A stretch of 64,000 nucleotides of DNA from Sphingobium sp. (GTDB lineage Bacteria > Pseudomonadota > Alphaproteobacteria > Sphingomonadales > Sphingomonadaceae): NCBI RefSeq assembly GCF_049304695.1, contig NZ_JBAQOK010000097.1, positions 25,810 through 89,809 of the forward strand, given 5' to 3'. Both the position numbers and the translations under genes were made by a program. Of this stretch, positions 51,443-60,335 are shown in pieces; within the stretch, counting starts at the first letter, position 1; each line of letters begins with the position of its first letter. The notes under the pieces are model-generated. The model saw only the letters and a list, made by a program, of their open reading frames with translations. It was not told where the DNA came from and ran no database searches.

Positions 51443-51843
51443 TGCCGGGTTCGCCCGGCTATGGTGATAAATGGTGTCGTGTAATAGACGCAGCGGACCC
51501 GGGGGCAGTACCCGGCGTCTCCACCACATGTCCCGCCGGACTTAAGGTTCGACGGGATGTCTGACGGGGGCGAACTAGGATCGACGTGTGTTCAAAGGCG
51601 ATGTTTTTACCCGGCCCGTGTAAGCCGTTAAACTGTGCAAAACTCACAAGTGCCAACGATAACGAAGCACTCGCCATTGCAGCGTAATTGAGGGCCTCAC
51701 GGCCTGATATTATTCTAAAATAGCGCGGTTGAACCCACCGGGCAACAGAAGGGAATTCAGCGGCCCCCGGAGGCGCCGGGCAACAGAAGCCTCCGGACCT
51801 ATATCCCCACATCGCTGGATATCACGCCGGGCAATCGCCCGGT
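51443..51843 (+). ncRNA. ssrA: circularly permuted (two-piece) tmRNA gene
   Basis: The acceptor piece ends GGAC-CCGGG-GGCAGUA-CCCGG-C-GUCUCC-A-CCA at 51526. The coding piece begins GGGGGCG-AACUA-GGAUCGAC at 51566. The 5' strand GGGGGCG pairs with CGUCUCC, giving a G3-U70-type wobble (G51568/U51520). The tag ORF follows downstream. The outer ends are approximate. Confidence 0.88.
51652..51687 (+). other. tmRNA tag reading frame ANDNEALAIAA plus stop
   Basis: gcc aac gat aac gaa gca ctc gcc att gca gcg taa. The ANDNxxxxxAA pattern is typical of alphaproteobacterial proteolysis tags. Confidence 0.9.
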
Positions 51844-52043
51844 CGAAGTGTCGCGTCGGCGCGAATCACTTCCCATAACTGCGACCATATTCAGTTACGC
51901 TTTTATGACAATGCGATGAAATAATCGTAAGAGACTGTTATTAAGTCGATAAATCTTCTTTTTCATGGCCCTCCGCCACCTTGCGTGGATGTCATCAAGA
52001 TGAAATAATCATCGTTATAGTAAGAAGTTTTTTTCGGAGAAAT

Positions 52044-52430
52044 ATGATGTCGAAAGCCGCTATTCTCATGGGTGCCGTGCTGGCTCTGGCCGCTCCGATG
52101 GCGGCTTGGGCTGCCCCGGACAGTCTGGTTGAAGTCGGCCTGCCAGATGGGCGTCTGGCCGCTGCCGCGCTAGAATCGGGGAATTTTACCAAGGCGCAGC
52201 GTAATCTCACCGTCGTTCGCCCGGACGCCGCCAACGATCCTGCGCGCCTCATCAATCTGGGCAATGCCTATGTCGGTATGGGCCGCATGGCTGACGCGCG
52301 CACCATCTATGCCCGCGCGCTTTACGCACCCGACGCAATGCTGACCCTGGCCAACGGGACCGAAGAATCTTCCCGTTCCATCGCCCGCCGCGCGCTGGGT
52401 CGGGTGGAAAGCAGCTACGCGATGCGGTAA
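52044..52430 (+). CDS. small secreted TPR-like protein
   Basis: 128 aa counted from the ATG at 52044, behind GGAGA. Signal peptide MMSKAAILMGAVLALAAPMAAWA. One or two TPR-like helices (LINLGNAYVGMGRMADARTIYARAL). Confidence 0.7.
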   Translation: MMSKAAILMGAVLALAAPMAAWAAPDSLVEVGLPDGRLAAAALESGNFTKAQRNLTVVRPDAANDPARLINLGNAYVGMGRMADARTIYARALYAPDAMLTLANGTEESSRSIARRALGRVESSYAMR

Positions 52431-52454
52431 AAGCCGCATTCACATTCAGGACGG

Positions 52455-52490
52455 ACAAAGGGCGCTTGCTATTGGGTGGGCGCCCTTTGT
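52455..52490 (+). terminator. rho-independent-type terminator hairpin
   Basis: Stem acaaagggcgc (52455-52465) pairs with gcgccctttgt (52480-52490). Confidence 0.7.
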
Positions 52491-52678
52491 CATGACGTTG
52501 TCATCATTGTCGCTAAACAGTCATATAATAGTCGCTGTTTCGTCACCAAATACCAACACCCCTGTCATCCACGCACCCTAGTTGCCCATTCGGAGGGCGA
52601 CAGGGGGCGTTGTCCGAATCGAAATCCCCTGCGCTCCGCATTTTAACAAACCCGGCGAAATGCCGGAGCGGAGACGAC

Positions 52679-54268
52679 ATGGCCAAGTATAACCGTATTC
52701 ACACGATTTTGATGGCAGGTTGCGCTTGCGCAGCGTTGAGCGCGTGCGGCGCGGACGACATTGCGTCGCCGGGCGAAGGCACGATCGTCATTCCGGCTCC
52801 GACGCCGACCCCTACACCTACGCCGACCCCCACACCGACGCCGACCGGCGTTACCCCGGCCGCCAACTGCCCGACCATTGCCGGTACGAACCAGCTGACG
52901 GACCTCGGCACCGTTTCCGACGGCGCGAACACATGGCGCAATTGCGGCTTCCCCGCGCGCTTTACCGCGTCGACCGCCATCGCGAAGGTTGCAGGCGTCC
53001 TCTATTCGCTGCCCGGCCGTGTTGATGTCGGCACCGATCAGGGCGCTGCCAGCACCAACACCGACGTCACGCTGACGATCGATCCGGGCGTCGTGGTCTT
53101 CGCCGCAACCGGTAACAGCTATCTGGCCGTCAACCGCGGTAACAAGATCAACGCCGTTGGCACCGCCACTGCGCCGATCGTCTTCACCAGCCGCGAAAAC
53201 GTGCTTGGCACCACGACGGATCAGTCGTCGGGTCAGTGGGGCGGCGTCGTGCTGCTCGGACGCGCCAAGATCACCGATTGCGCCGCTCCTGCCGCCGCCG
53301 CCGGAACGGTGGCCTGCGAACGTGATACCGAAGGCTCCAGCAACGCTCTCTATGGTGGCGCGAACGATGCCGACAATTCGGGCCGCATGAGCTATGTGCA
53401 AATCCGCTATTCCGGCTTCGTGCTGGCAGACGGCAAGGAACTGCAGGGCCTGACCCCTTCGGGCATCGGCACCGGCACGCAGCTTGACCATATCCAGATC
53501 CACAACAGCTCGGACGATGGCATCGAAATCTTCGGTGGCGCGGCGAACCTGAAATATCTGGTGTTCACCGGCAACGAAGACGACAATCTGGACACCGACG
53601 TCGGCTTCCGTGGCACGGCTCAGTTCATCATCTCGGCCCAGCGCGAAGGTAACAATATCGGCGACACCTTCCTTGAAACCGACTCTAACGGCGGCACCAA
53701 CAGCAACGCCAGCGAAGACGTAATCCCGCGCCAGTATCTCAAAGTCGCCAACTTCACGCATATCCAGCGTTCCAACACCGGCGACGATGGCGCCGCGATG
53801 TTGCTGCGCGGCGGTGCCGATCTGGCGCTGGTCAACGGCATCATCATCAGCCCCAACCAGAGCTGCCTGCGCATCAACGGCGCGGCTGCGGTGCGTGACG
53901 CCGACACCGCTTTGCAGGACGCTGGCAAGCCGCGCTACATCTCTGTCGTGATGCAGTGCAACGCCACGCCTTACAAGGGCACCGGCACCGGCGTGACTGC
54001 CGATCTGGTCAAGACGATCTTCGAAGCGGGCGCGAACAGCACGATCACCTACACCCCGTCGCTGACGTCGCTGTTCATCAATGGTGCGACCGAAACCGCC
54101 CGCGTCGCAGTCGATCCCAAGACGATCGACGCTGCCTTCACCACGACCAACTATATCGGCGCGGTCAAGGACAGCAGCGACACCTGGTATACCGGCTGGA
54201 CCTGCAACTCGGTGAGCGCCAGCTTCGGCACCACCAGCAAGAATTGCACGGCGATCCCGACGACCTGA
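52679..54268 (+). CDS. lipoprotein of unknown function with a (Thr-Pro)n linker, first gene of a TonB-receptor pair
   Basis: 529 aa counted from the ATG at 52679, behind GGAG. Lipobox AALSAC. PAPTPTPTPTPTPTPTPTG linker encoded at 52794-52850. The rest is Gly/Asn/Thr-rich and looks beta-rich. Confidence 0.75.
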   Translation: MAKYNRIHTILMAGCACAALSACGADDIASPGEGTIVIPAPTPTPTPTPTPTPTPTGVTPAANCPTIAGTNQLTDLGTVSDGANTWRNCGFPARFTASTAIAKVAGVLYSLPGRVDVGTDQGAASTNTDVTLTIDPGVVVFAATGNSYLAVNRGNKINAVGTATAPIVFTSRENVLGTTTDQSSGQWGGVVLLGRAKITDCAAPAAAAGTVACERDTEGSSNALYGGANDADNSGRMSYVQIRYSGFVLADGKELQGLTPSGIGTGTQLDHIQIHNSSDDGIEIFGGAANLKYLVFTGNEDDNLDTDVGFRGTAQFIISAQREGNNIGDTFLETDSNGGTNSNASEDVIPRQYLKVANFTHIQRSNTGDDGAAMLLRGGADLALVNGIIISPNQSCLRINGAAAVRDADTALQDAGKPRYISVVMQCNATPYKGTGTGVTADLVKTIFEAGANSTITYTPSLTSLFINGATETARVAVDPKTIDAAFTTTNYIGAVKDSSDTWYTGWTCNSVSASFGTTSKNCTAIPTT

Positions 54269-54375
54269 TCGGACCCACGACCTCAACAGGGGCGGGGGAG
54301 CGTTGTACCGGCGCTTCCCCGCCTTCTTTGCGCCCAATGTTTGCACTGACTATTTCCCAAAGGGGGACACCTAGC

Positions 54376-57072
54376 ATGTCGAAGCCGCTCAGCCTGGCGC
54401 GCCTGCTCCTGATTTCCACTGCCCTGATCGCACCTGGTGCGATTGCGCAGACCGATAGTGCCGCGCCCGCAGCGGGCGACGCAGGCATGACCTCGACGCC
54501 CAGCGCGGCAGACGAAGCGGCGGCCCAGTCGGGCAATGTCGATGTGTCGATCCCTGGCGCGGACATCATCGTCACCGGTCGCCGCACCGCCAATATCTCG
54601 CAGAACGCGCCCGAAGTCGTGAACGTCCTGTCGGCCGCCGACATCAAGCGCACGGGCGAGGGCGACATCGCCGGTTCGCTCCAGCGCGTCACTGGCCTGT
54701 CGGTCGTGTCGGGCGGCTTCGTCTATGTCCGTGGCCTTGGCGATCGCTATTCGCTTGCGCTGCTCAACGGATCGCCGTTGCCCAGCCCCGAACCCCTGAA
54801 GCGCGTCGTGCCGCTCGACCTGTTCCCCACCAGCGTGATCGCATCGACGCTGGTGCAGAAAAGCTATTCCGCCAATTTCCCCGGTGAATTTGGCGGCGGC
54901 GTCATCAACCTGACGACCAAGGCGATCCCGACCGAAAGCTATCTGGAAATCGGCCTCGGCAGTTCGGCGAACACCGAAACGTCGGGTCAGCTCGGTTACA
55001 CCCATTATGGCAGCAAGTCCGACTGGACCGGCTTTGACGACGGATCGCGTGACGTCCCGCCGTTGCTCAAAAGCGCGATCGCCAGCGGCACGCCTTTTGC
55101 TGACCAGCCGCGTGCCGACCTGCGCAACATCGCGATGCAGTTCCTGAACGCCGATACGTCGGTGGTACAGAGGACCAACAGCCTGCCGTTCAACTTCTCC
55201 GCCTCGCTCAATGCGGGTACGGCGACGGATCTGGGCGGCGACGGGCGCATCGGCGTCGTCGCCAGCGCGTCCTACAGCAACAAGTGGCGCACCCGCGACA
55301 CGCTGCAACAGGCATCTCTCGATGTCGGGGCCGGGGCTGGAAAATCGGTCCAGCAGGTCAGCACCGACAATGAAATGACCGTCAACGGCCTGATCGGCGT
55401 CGGTCTGGAACTGGGCGCACAAAAGCTGCGCTGGACCAACCTTTACATCCGCGACACGTTGAAGCGTAGCGCCCTGTCCATCGGCCAGAATGACGGCCAG
55501 ATACAGGGTGCCGATTACTTGACGCAAAACACCGCCTGGTACGAACGGCAGTTGATCGACACGCAACTGGCAGGTGAGTTCAAACTGTCGGATGCCCTCA
55601 GCCTCGACCTGCGCGGCAGCTACGCCAATTCGCAGCGGGAAGCGCCCTATGAGCGTGAATTTGTCTATGTCCGCTCCAACCGAGAACTGAGCGTCGATCC
55701 CGTCGGCGATCGCTTCGTCAACGCGCTCAACCGTCAGCGTGGCGACGCATCGGTCACATTCAGCGACCTGAACGAAAATCTATGGTCGGGTGGCGCTGAC
55801 CTCAGCTATAAATTCTCGCCGGCGCTCACGGTTACGGCAGGCTATGCCTACACCGATACCAAGCGTCGGTCTTCGCGTTATGAGCTGCATTTCGATGCGA
55901 CCAACCTGCCGATCCCGGTGCAGCAGCAGCGCCCCGACTATCTGCTGTCGGATGCCACGATCCAGCTGTTCGACATCAGCCTGCTGGAATTTTCCGGCAA
56001 CTATCCCGTCTATGACGCGGCGCTGCGCGTCCATGCGGGCTATGGTCAGGTGCAGGCGGAACTGTTTCCCGGTCTCAGCTTCAACGCTGGCGTGCGCTAT
56101 GAAAAGGGCAAGCAGTCGGCCACGGGTGTGGACGTCTACAACACGGGTCTGACCCCGTTCAATGCGCTCAATAACGACTATTGGTTGCCCGCCGTCACGT
56201 TGACGTTCGAAGCATCCAAAGGGCTGCAATTCCGGGCCAGCGCATCCAAGACCGTTGCGCGTCCGCAGTTCCGCGAACTGATCGCCCAACCCTATCTGGA
56301 TACCGAGGCGAACCGTTTCTATCGCGGCAACCCCTTCTTGCAGGATAGCCAGCTGTGGAACGGCGAAGTCCGTGCCGAATGGTATATGGGCAAGGACGAG
56401 CGGCTGATCGCGGCGGCCTTCTACAAAAAGATCGACAATCCGATCGAAACCTACACGACCATCACGGACACCTATGCCGTGACGACCAGCTTCGCCAACG
56501 CCCCCGAAGCCCAACTCTACGGCTTTGAACTCGAAGCGCAGAAATATATCCCGCTCGATGGCCTGTCCGAAGGCGGTTTCTTCTCCACCCGTCGCGTCGC
56601 GCTGATCGGCAACTATACCTACACCCAGTCGAAGCTGAAGGTGAAGGCCGGGGACACGACCATCCCTTATACCTACACCACCGGCGACCTGCCCGCTGCG
56701 TCGGACTTCTTCCTGAACGGCGTACCGCTGACCGGACAGTCGGACCATCTGGTCAACCTCCAACTGGGGCTGGAGGATACCGATCGCCTGTCGCAACAGA
56801 CGTTGCTGCTGACCTATGCCAGCCCGCGCGTCACCAGCCGTGGTCCCAACCTGCAACCCGACATCATCGAAAAGCCCGGCGTGACGCTGGACTTCGTTGC
56901 GCGGCAGGGCGTGAAGCTGCCCGGCGGCATCAACAGTGAAGTGAAGTTCGAAGCCCGCAATATCCTGGGCCGCAAGTTCCAGGAATATCAGGAACAGGGC
57001 GACAACCGGGTCTATTATAACCGCTACAAGATCGGCACGACTATCGCCGCGTCGCTGACCGTAGCCTTTTGA
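54376..57072 (+). CDS. TonB-dependent outer-membrane receptor
   Basis: 898 aa counted from the ATG at 54376. Signal peptide ends APGAIAQ. TonB box/plug region DIIVTGRR...VNVLSAADIKRTGEGDIAGSLQRVTGLSVV. C-terminal barrel ends ...ASLTVAF. Confidence 0.92.
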   Translation: MSKPLSLARLLLISTALIAPGAIAQTDSAAPAAGDAGMTSTPSAADEAAAQSGNVDVSIPGADIIVTGRRTANISQNAPEVVNVLSAADIKRTGEGDIAGSLQRVTGLSVVSGGFVYVRGLGDRYSLALLNGSPLPSPEPLKRVVPLDLFPTSVIASTLVQKSYSANFPGEFGGGVINLTTKAIPTESYLEIGLGSSANTETSGQLGYTHYGSKSDWTGFDDGSRDVPPLLKSAIASGTPFADQPRADLRNIAMQFLNADTSVVQRTNSLPFNFSASLNAGTATDLGGDGRIGVVASASYSNKWRTRDTLQQASLDVGAGAGKSVQQVSTDNEMTVNGLIGVGLELGAQKLRWTNLYIRDTLKRSALSIGQNDGQIQGADYLTQNTAWYERQLIDTQLAGEFKLSDALSLDLRGSYANSQREAPYEREFVYVRSNRELSVDPVGDRFVNALNRQRGDASVTFSDLNENLWSGGADLSYKFSPALTVTAGYAYTDTKRRSSRYELHFDATNLPIPVQQQRPDYLLSDATIQLFDISLLEFSGNYPVYDAALRVHAGYGQVQAELFPGLSFNAGVRYEKGKQSATGVDVYNTGLTPFNALNNDYWLPAVTLTFEASKGLQFRASASKTVARPQFRELIAQPYLDTEANRFYRGNPFLQDSQLWNGEVRAEWYMGKDERLIAAAFYKKIDNPIETYTTITDTYAVTTSFANAPEAQLYGFELEAQKYIPLDGLSEGGFFSTRRVALIGNYTYTQSKLKVKAGDTTIPYTYTTGDLPAASDFFLNGVPLTGQSDHLVNLQLGLEDTDRLSQQTLLLTYASPRVTSRGPNLQPDIIEKPGVTLDFVARQGVKLPGGINSEVKFEARNILGRKFQEYQEQGDNRVYYNRYKIGTTIAASLTVAF

Positions 57073-57093
57073 TCCCAAACCTATGAATATGGT

Positions 57094-57127
57094 GATGGCC
57101 GGTCCGCTTTCATGCGGGTCGGCCATC
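57094..57127 (+). terminator. terminator hairpin after the TonB-dependent receptor gene
   Basis: gatggccg (57094-57101) pairs with cggccatc (57120-57127). An inner tccgc/gcgg stem is present, followed by GTCGTTTG. Confidence 0.65.
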
Positions 57128-57212
57128 GTCGTTTGAAACTTATGGTCGGTTTCACTTCCGCCTCATGCTATGCCTTCCGCGCAGATGGGGGCATGCGGCT
57201 AAGGAGCGGCTC

Positions 57213-58634
57213 TTGAATCGTGAAATCGAACTGAAACTGGACCTGCCTCATGATGGGGCTGAAGCATTCCTGCAATGGCCCTCGCTGCCGTCGGATCATG
57301 ACATTGCGGATCTCCACGCCACCTATTTGGACACACCCGATCGCGATCTGGCGCAGCGCGGCGTCAGCCTGCGCATCCGCCGCTCGGGCGACCAATATAT
57401 CCAGACCGTGAAGGCCGACGGCGACGGCGCGACCGGTCTGTTTTCGCGCAACGAATGGGAAGTTGCCGTCAGTGGCGACACGCCCGTGCTGGACGACAAT
57501 AATCCGGTCGCCGCGATGCTGGGCGACGCCATCACCACGCTCGTGCCGCTGTTCAAAGTGGATGTAGAGCGGCGCACATGGTCGCTGCGAGAGGGCGATA
57601 CCGACATCGAACTGGTACTGGACCGGGGTACAGTGACCGCAGGCGACCGTCAGGCATTGGTGTGCGAAATCGAACTGGAACTGAAATCCGGCGATCCCGC
57701 CGCACTTTTCGCACTGGCGCAGCGTATCGCCGCCGATCATCCCACCCGGCCCGGCGTGATGACCAAATCGGAACGCGGCCATCGCTTGCGTGAACCGGCG
57801 CTGCGTGCGGTGAAGGCGGAGGCTGTGACGCTAGACCCCGCCATGACCGCCGGGACAGCTTTCGCCCGGATCGCCCATGCCTGCCTGCGCCATTATGCCC
57901 TGAACGAAGCGCTGCTGCGCGATCATTATGATCCCGCCGCCGTGCATCAGGCGCGCGTCGCCATCCGTCGCCTGCGATCGGCATTCTGGCTGTTCAAGCC
58001 GATCCTGCCAGTGCAGGACGTCGATCGCTTTTCGGACGATTTGCGCTGGTGGGCAGCGATATTGGGGGAAGCGCGCGATCTGGACGTTTTGGCAAAGCGG
58101 ATCGGTGATGACCCCAGCCTGGAATCAGCGCGGACTTCTGCGCATCAAAAGGTCACGCAATGGCTCGCATCGGCACGCGTGCGGCTGTTGACGCTGGACC
58201 TGATCGAATGGCTGACGCTGCATATGGGGCAGGGGAAGGGGGCCGATCGACCCGCAACCGAAATCGCGTCCCGTCGCCTGCGAAAATTGCGGCGGCGGAT
58301 CAGGAAAAATGGCCGCGATATGGCAACGCTCAGCGATGAAGCGCGTCACGCCGTGCGCAAGGACGCCAAGAAACTGCGCTACGCATCGGAATTTCTGGCC
58401 GGGTTGTTCGATGGCGGCAAGCAGGTCGCGAGACGGGCGAAATTCATCAAGGCGCTGAGCAAGATGCAGGAGCGTTTGGGCGACCTCAACGATCTGGCGA
58501 CCATGCCCACCCTGATGGCGCGTCATGGCCTGAAGATCGACGACGCATCATACGCAACGAGCAGGGAGCAACTGCTGCTGGCCGCTGCCAAGGCTCATCA
58601 TGGCTTTGCCGACCGACGCCGCTTCTGGGCCTGA
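57213..58634 (+). CDS. CYTH (triphosphate tunnel) plus CHAD domain protein
   Basis: N-terminal EIELKLDL...LRIRR...EIELELK CYTH strands. C-terminal CHAD helices (HQARVAIRRLRSAFWLF, HAVRKDAKKLRYASEF). TTG at 57213, 6 nt after AAGGAG. Confidence 0.82.
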   Translation: MNREIELKLDLPHDGAEAFLQWPSLPSDHDIADLHATYLDTPDRDLAQRGVSLRIRRSGDQYIQTVKADGDGATGLFSRNEWEVAVSGDTPVLDDNNPVAAMLGDAITTLVPLFKVDVERRTWSLREGDTDIELVLDRGTVTAGDRQALVCEIELELKSGDPAALFALAQRIAADHPTRPGVMTKSERGHRLREPALRAVKAEAVTLDPAMTAGTAFARIAHACLRHYALNEALLRDHYDPAAVHQARVAIRRLRSAFWLFKPILPVQDVDRFSDDLRWWAAILGEARDLDVLAKRIGDDPSLESARTSAHQKVTQWLASARVRLLTLDLIEWLTLHMGQGKGADRPATEIASRRLRKLRRRIRKNGRDMATLSDEARHAVRKDAKKLRYASEFLAGLFDGGKQVARRAKFIKALSKMQERLGDLNDLATMPTLMARHGLKIDDASYATSREQLLLAAAKAHHGFADRRRFWA

Positions 58635-58640
58635 CGCGCC

Positions 58641-59294
58641 TCAGCCCCAGGGCTTTTCGCGATACCATTTGGTGATGACATGTTTCACCCCGGCCCGCAC
58701 CTTCATGCCATGGTGCAGGCTGGTGGGGTTGGATATGCCGGGCGACAGGCGATTGTTCCATGCCAGCAGCTTGCCCGTTTCTGGATGCACCGTCTTGCCG
58801 ATCTTTGGGAAGCGGGTTGCGCCGCCCGCTATCGGCGTGTCGAGATAAACCATCGCCGTCCACGTCCGGTTGCCCGCGACCGAACAATAGGTCGCATAGT
58901 CCGCACCCTTGGGATCGAAATAATCGGTATGCGCCTTGAACTCTTGCCCTACATCATAGCGCTGCCCCTGAATCGGTTCGCCATAGGCCGGGTCGATCCC
59001 CACGAAATCCGCCAGCATCGCGTCGATACGCGCAACGAAGGGATCGCCATAGTCCAGATCGCATGTTTCGCTGGTGCGAAAATAGCCGTCGCCATTGGCG
59101 TCGGCGATGGTGGACGGTCGTCGCCCCGCCTCAATCCGCTCGATCAGCGCCACGCAATCCTCCGCCGATAGAAAGTCGCGTTTGATGAACAGGGTCAATT
59201 CCCTGCTCGGAACGCGCTGCACCCGTGGGTGCGCGCCGATCCACGCCGGATCGCCATCGGCGGCCGTGGGGGTGACATTGGTCCTGTCGGTCAT
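58641..59294 (-). CDS. 2-oxoglutarate/Fe(II)-dependent oxygenase (prolyl 4-hydroxylase-like)
   Basis: 217 aa. FKAHTDYFD (HxD iron ligands), a distal HHGMKV, and RAGVKHVITKWY. Confidence 0.75.
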   Translation of the reverse strand: MTDRTNVTPTAADGDPAWIGAHPRVQRVPSRELTLFIKRDFLSAEDCVALIERIEAGRRPSTIADANGDGYFRTSETCDLDYGDPFVARIDAMLADFVGIDPAYGEPIQGQRYDVGQEFKAHTDYFDPKGADYATYCSVAGNRTWTAMVYLDTPIAGGATRFPKIGKTVHPETGKLLAWNNRLSPGISNPTSLHHGMKVRAGVKHVITKWYREKPWG

Positions 59295-59465
59295 CGTCGG
59301 TCCCGATCAATGGCATGCCATGCTGGCAAGACGCGGCGTTGCTATCGCGTCACGCTGCAAATGCAAGTGAAGCTGATATATTTCGGTGACTGTCATATAA
59401 CCGCCATCCCGTTGTCATCGAACCGTAAGAAGACCTGCCTAGCAGACACCCAGAGCTACTGGGGA

Positions 59466-60335
59466 ATGACCAATATCATGCGGGGGCGGTTTACCTTCAC
59501 ATCACGCAAGGGCGGTGCGCCCCGCGCCCGATCCTTGCCGCCGTTCGACTGGCTGCGAGGGTTGGAGATTGGGCTGCTGGCGCTGCTGGCGATCCAGTGC
59601 GTCCGGCTGATGTGGGTGGCGGTGACGCCGGTCGGCAGCTTTGGTCCATGGGAAGGGCGGCAGGCGCAAATATTGTCCGCTTCCGCACGAAAATCACTCT
59701 TCGCCAGCTTCGATCCCTTCTTTCGCAGCGATGCGCCACAACAGGCGGGTAACGCCGTCGTCACCTCGCTCGCGCTGACCCTCTATGGCATCCGCCTCAA
59801 TGAAGGCTCAGGCTTGGGTTCGGCGATCATCGCCTCGCCGGACGGGGTGCAGAACAGCTTTGCCGTGGGCGATGAAATCCTGCCCGGCGTCGTGCTGAAG
59901 GCGGTTGCCTTCGATCATGTGACGATCGACCGTGGCGGCGCAGCCGAACAGATATTCCTCGACCAATCGACACCCGCGTCGGATGCGCCCGCACCCGCTG
60001 GCGAAACCAGCGGATGGCAAAGCGCCGCCCCGCCGCCGCCATCCGCGCCCGGTGCAGGCCCAAGCGCCGATGCCCTGAAACGCGACATCGGGTTCGTCCC
60101 ACGCATGCAGAATGGCCGGATCACCGGCCTCGCCGTCACCGCCAAGGGACCGACCTTCGCCAGCGCAGGCTTTCGCCCCGGCGACATCGTGACCCAACTG
60201 AACGGTCAGCCGATCGGATCGGTTAGTGATCTTCAGGCGCTGCAAAGCCAGATCGCACCCGGCGCGCGCTTGTCCCTGACCGTAGAGCGCGGCGCTGCCG
60301 CCGCGTCCATCAACCTGATCGTGCAAGGCCAATGA
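59466..60335 (+). CDS. gspC: type II secretion system protein C
   Basis: 289 aa. N-terminal TM helix (LEIGLLALLAIQCVRLMWVAV), an HR-like domain, a Pro/Ala linker, and a C-terminal PDZ-like domain (GFRPGDIVTQLNGQPIGS). 4-nt overlap with gspD. Confidence 0.78.
   Translation: MTNIMRGRFTFTSRKGGAPRARSLPPFDWLRGLEIGLLALLAIQCVRLMWVAVTPVGSFGPWEGRQAQILSASARKSLFASFDPFFRSDAPQQAGNAVVTSLALTLYGIRLNEGSGLGSAIIASPDGVQNSFAVGDEILPGVVLKAVAFDHVTIDRGGAAEQIFLDQSTPASDAPAPAGETSGWQSAAPPPPSAPGAGPSADALKRDIGFVPRMQNGRITGLAVTAKGPTFASAGFRPGDIVTQLNGQPIGSVSDLQALQSQIAPGARLSLTVERGAAAASINLIVQGQ

Noticed and set aside
51536-51565. First GGTTCGACGGGAT motif as the 5' end of the mature tmRNA
   Set aside because: The 7 nt at the canonical distance upstream (cgccgga) cannot pair with the 3' acceptor strand CGUCUCC. 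The second motif, preceded by GGGGGCG at 51566, pairs perfectly and includes the G-U identity pair.
51459-51812. 117-aa minus-strand ORF
   Set aside because: It lies entirely within, and antisense to, the tmRNA gene.
52794-52850. Short-period DNA repeat (ccgacn/ccnacn units), a possible microsatellite or CRISPR-like signal
   Set aside because: It is in frame and encodes the (Thr-Pro)n linker of the lipoprotein, with varied synonymous codons. It has no spacer/repeat architecture.
53956-54375. 5' extension of the TonB-receptor ORF (1038 aa in the track)
   Set aside because: It overlaps the end of the lipoprotein gene in another frame. The signal peptide and an RBS-like GGGGGA sit at the ATG at 54376.
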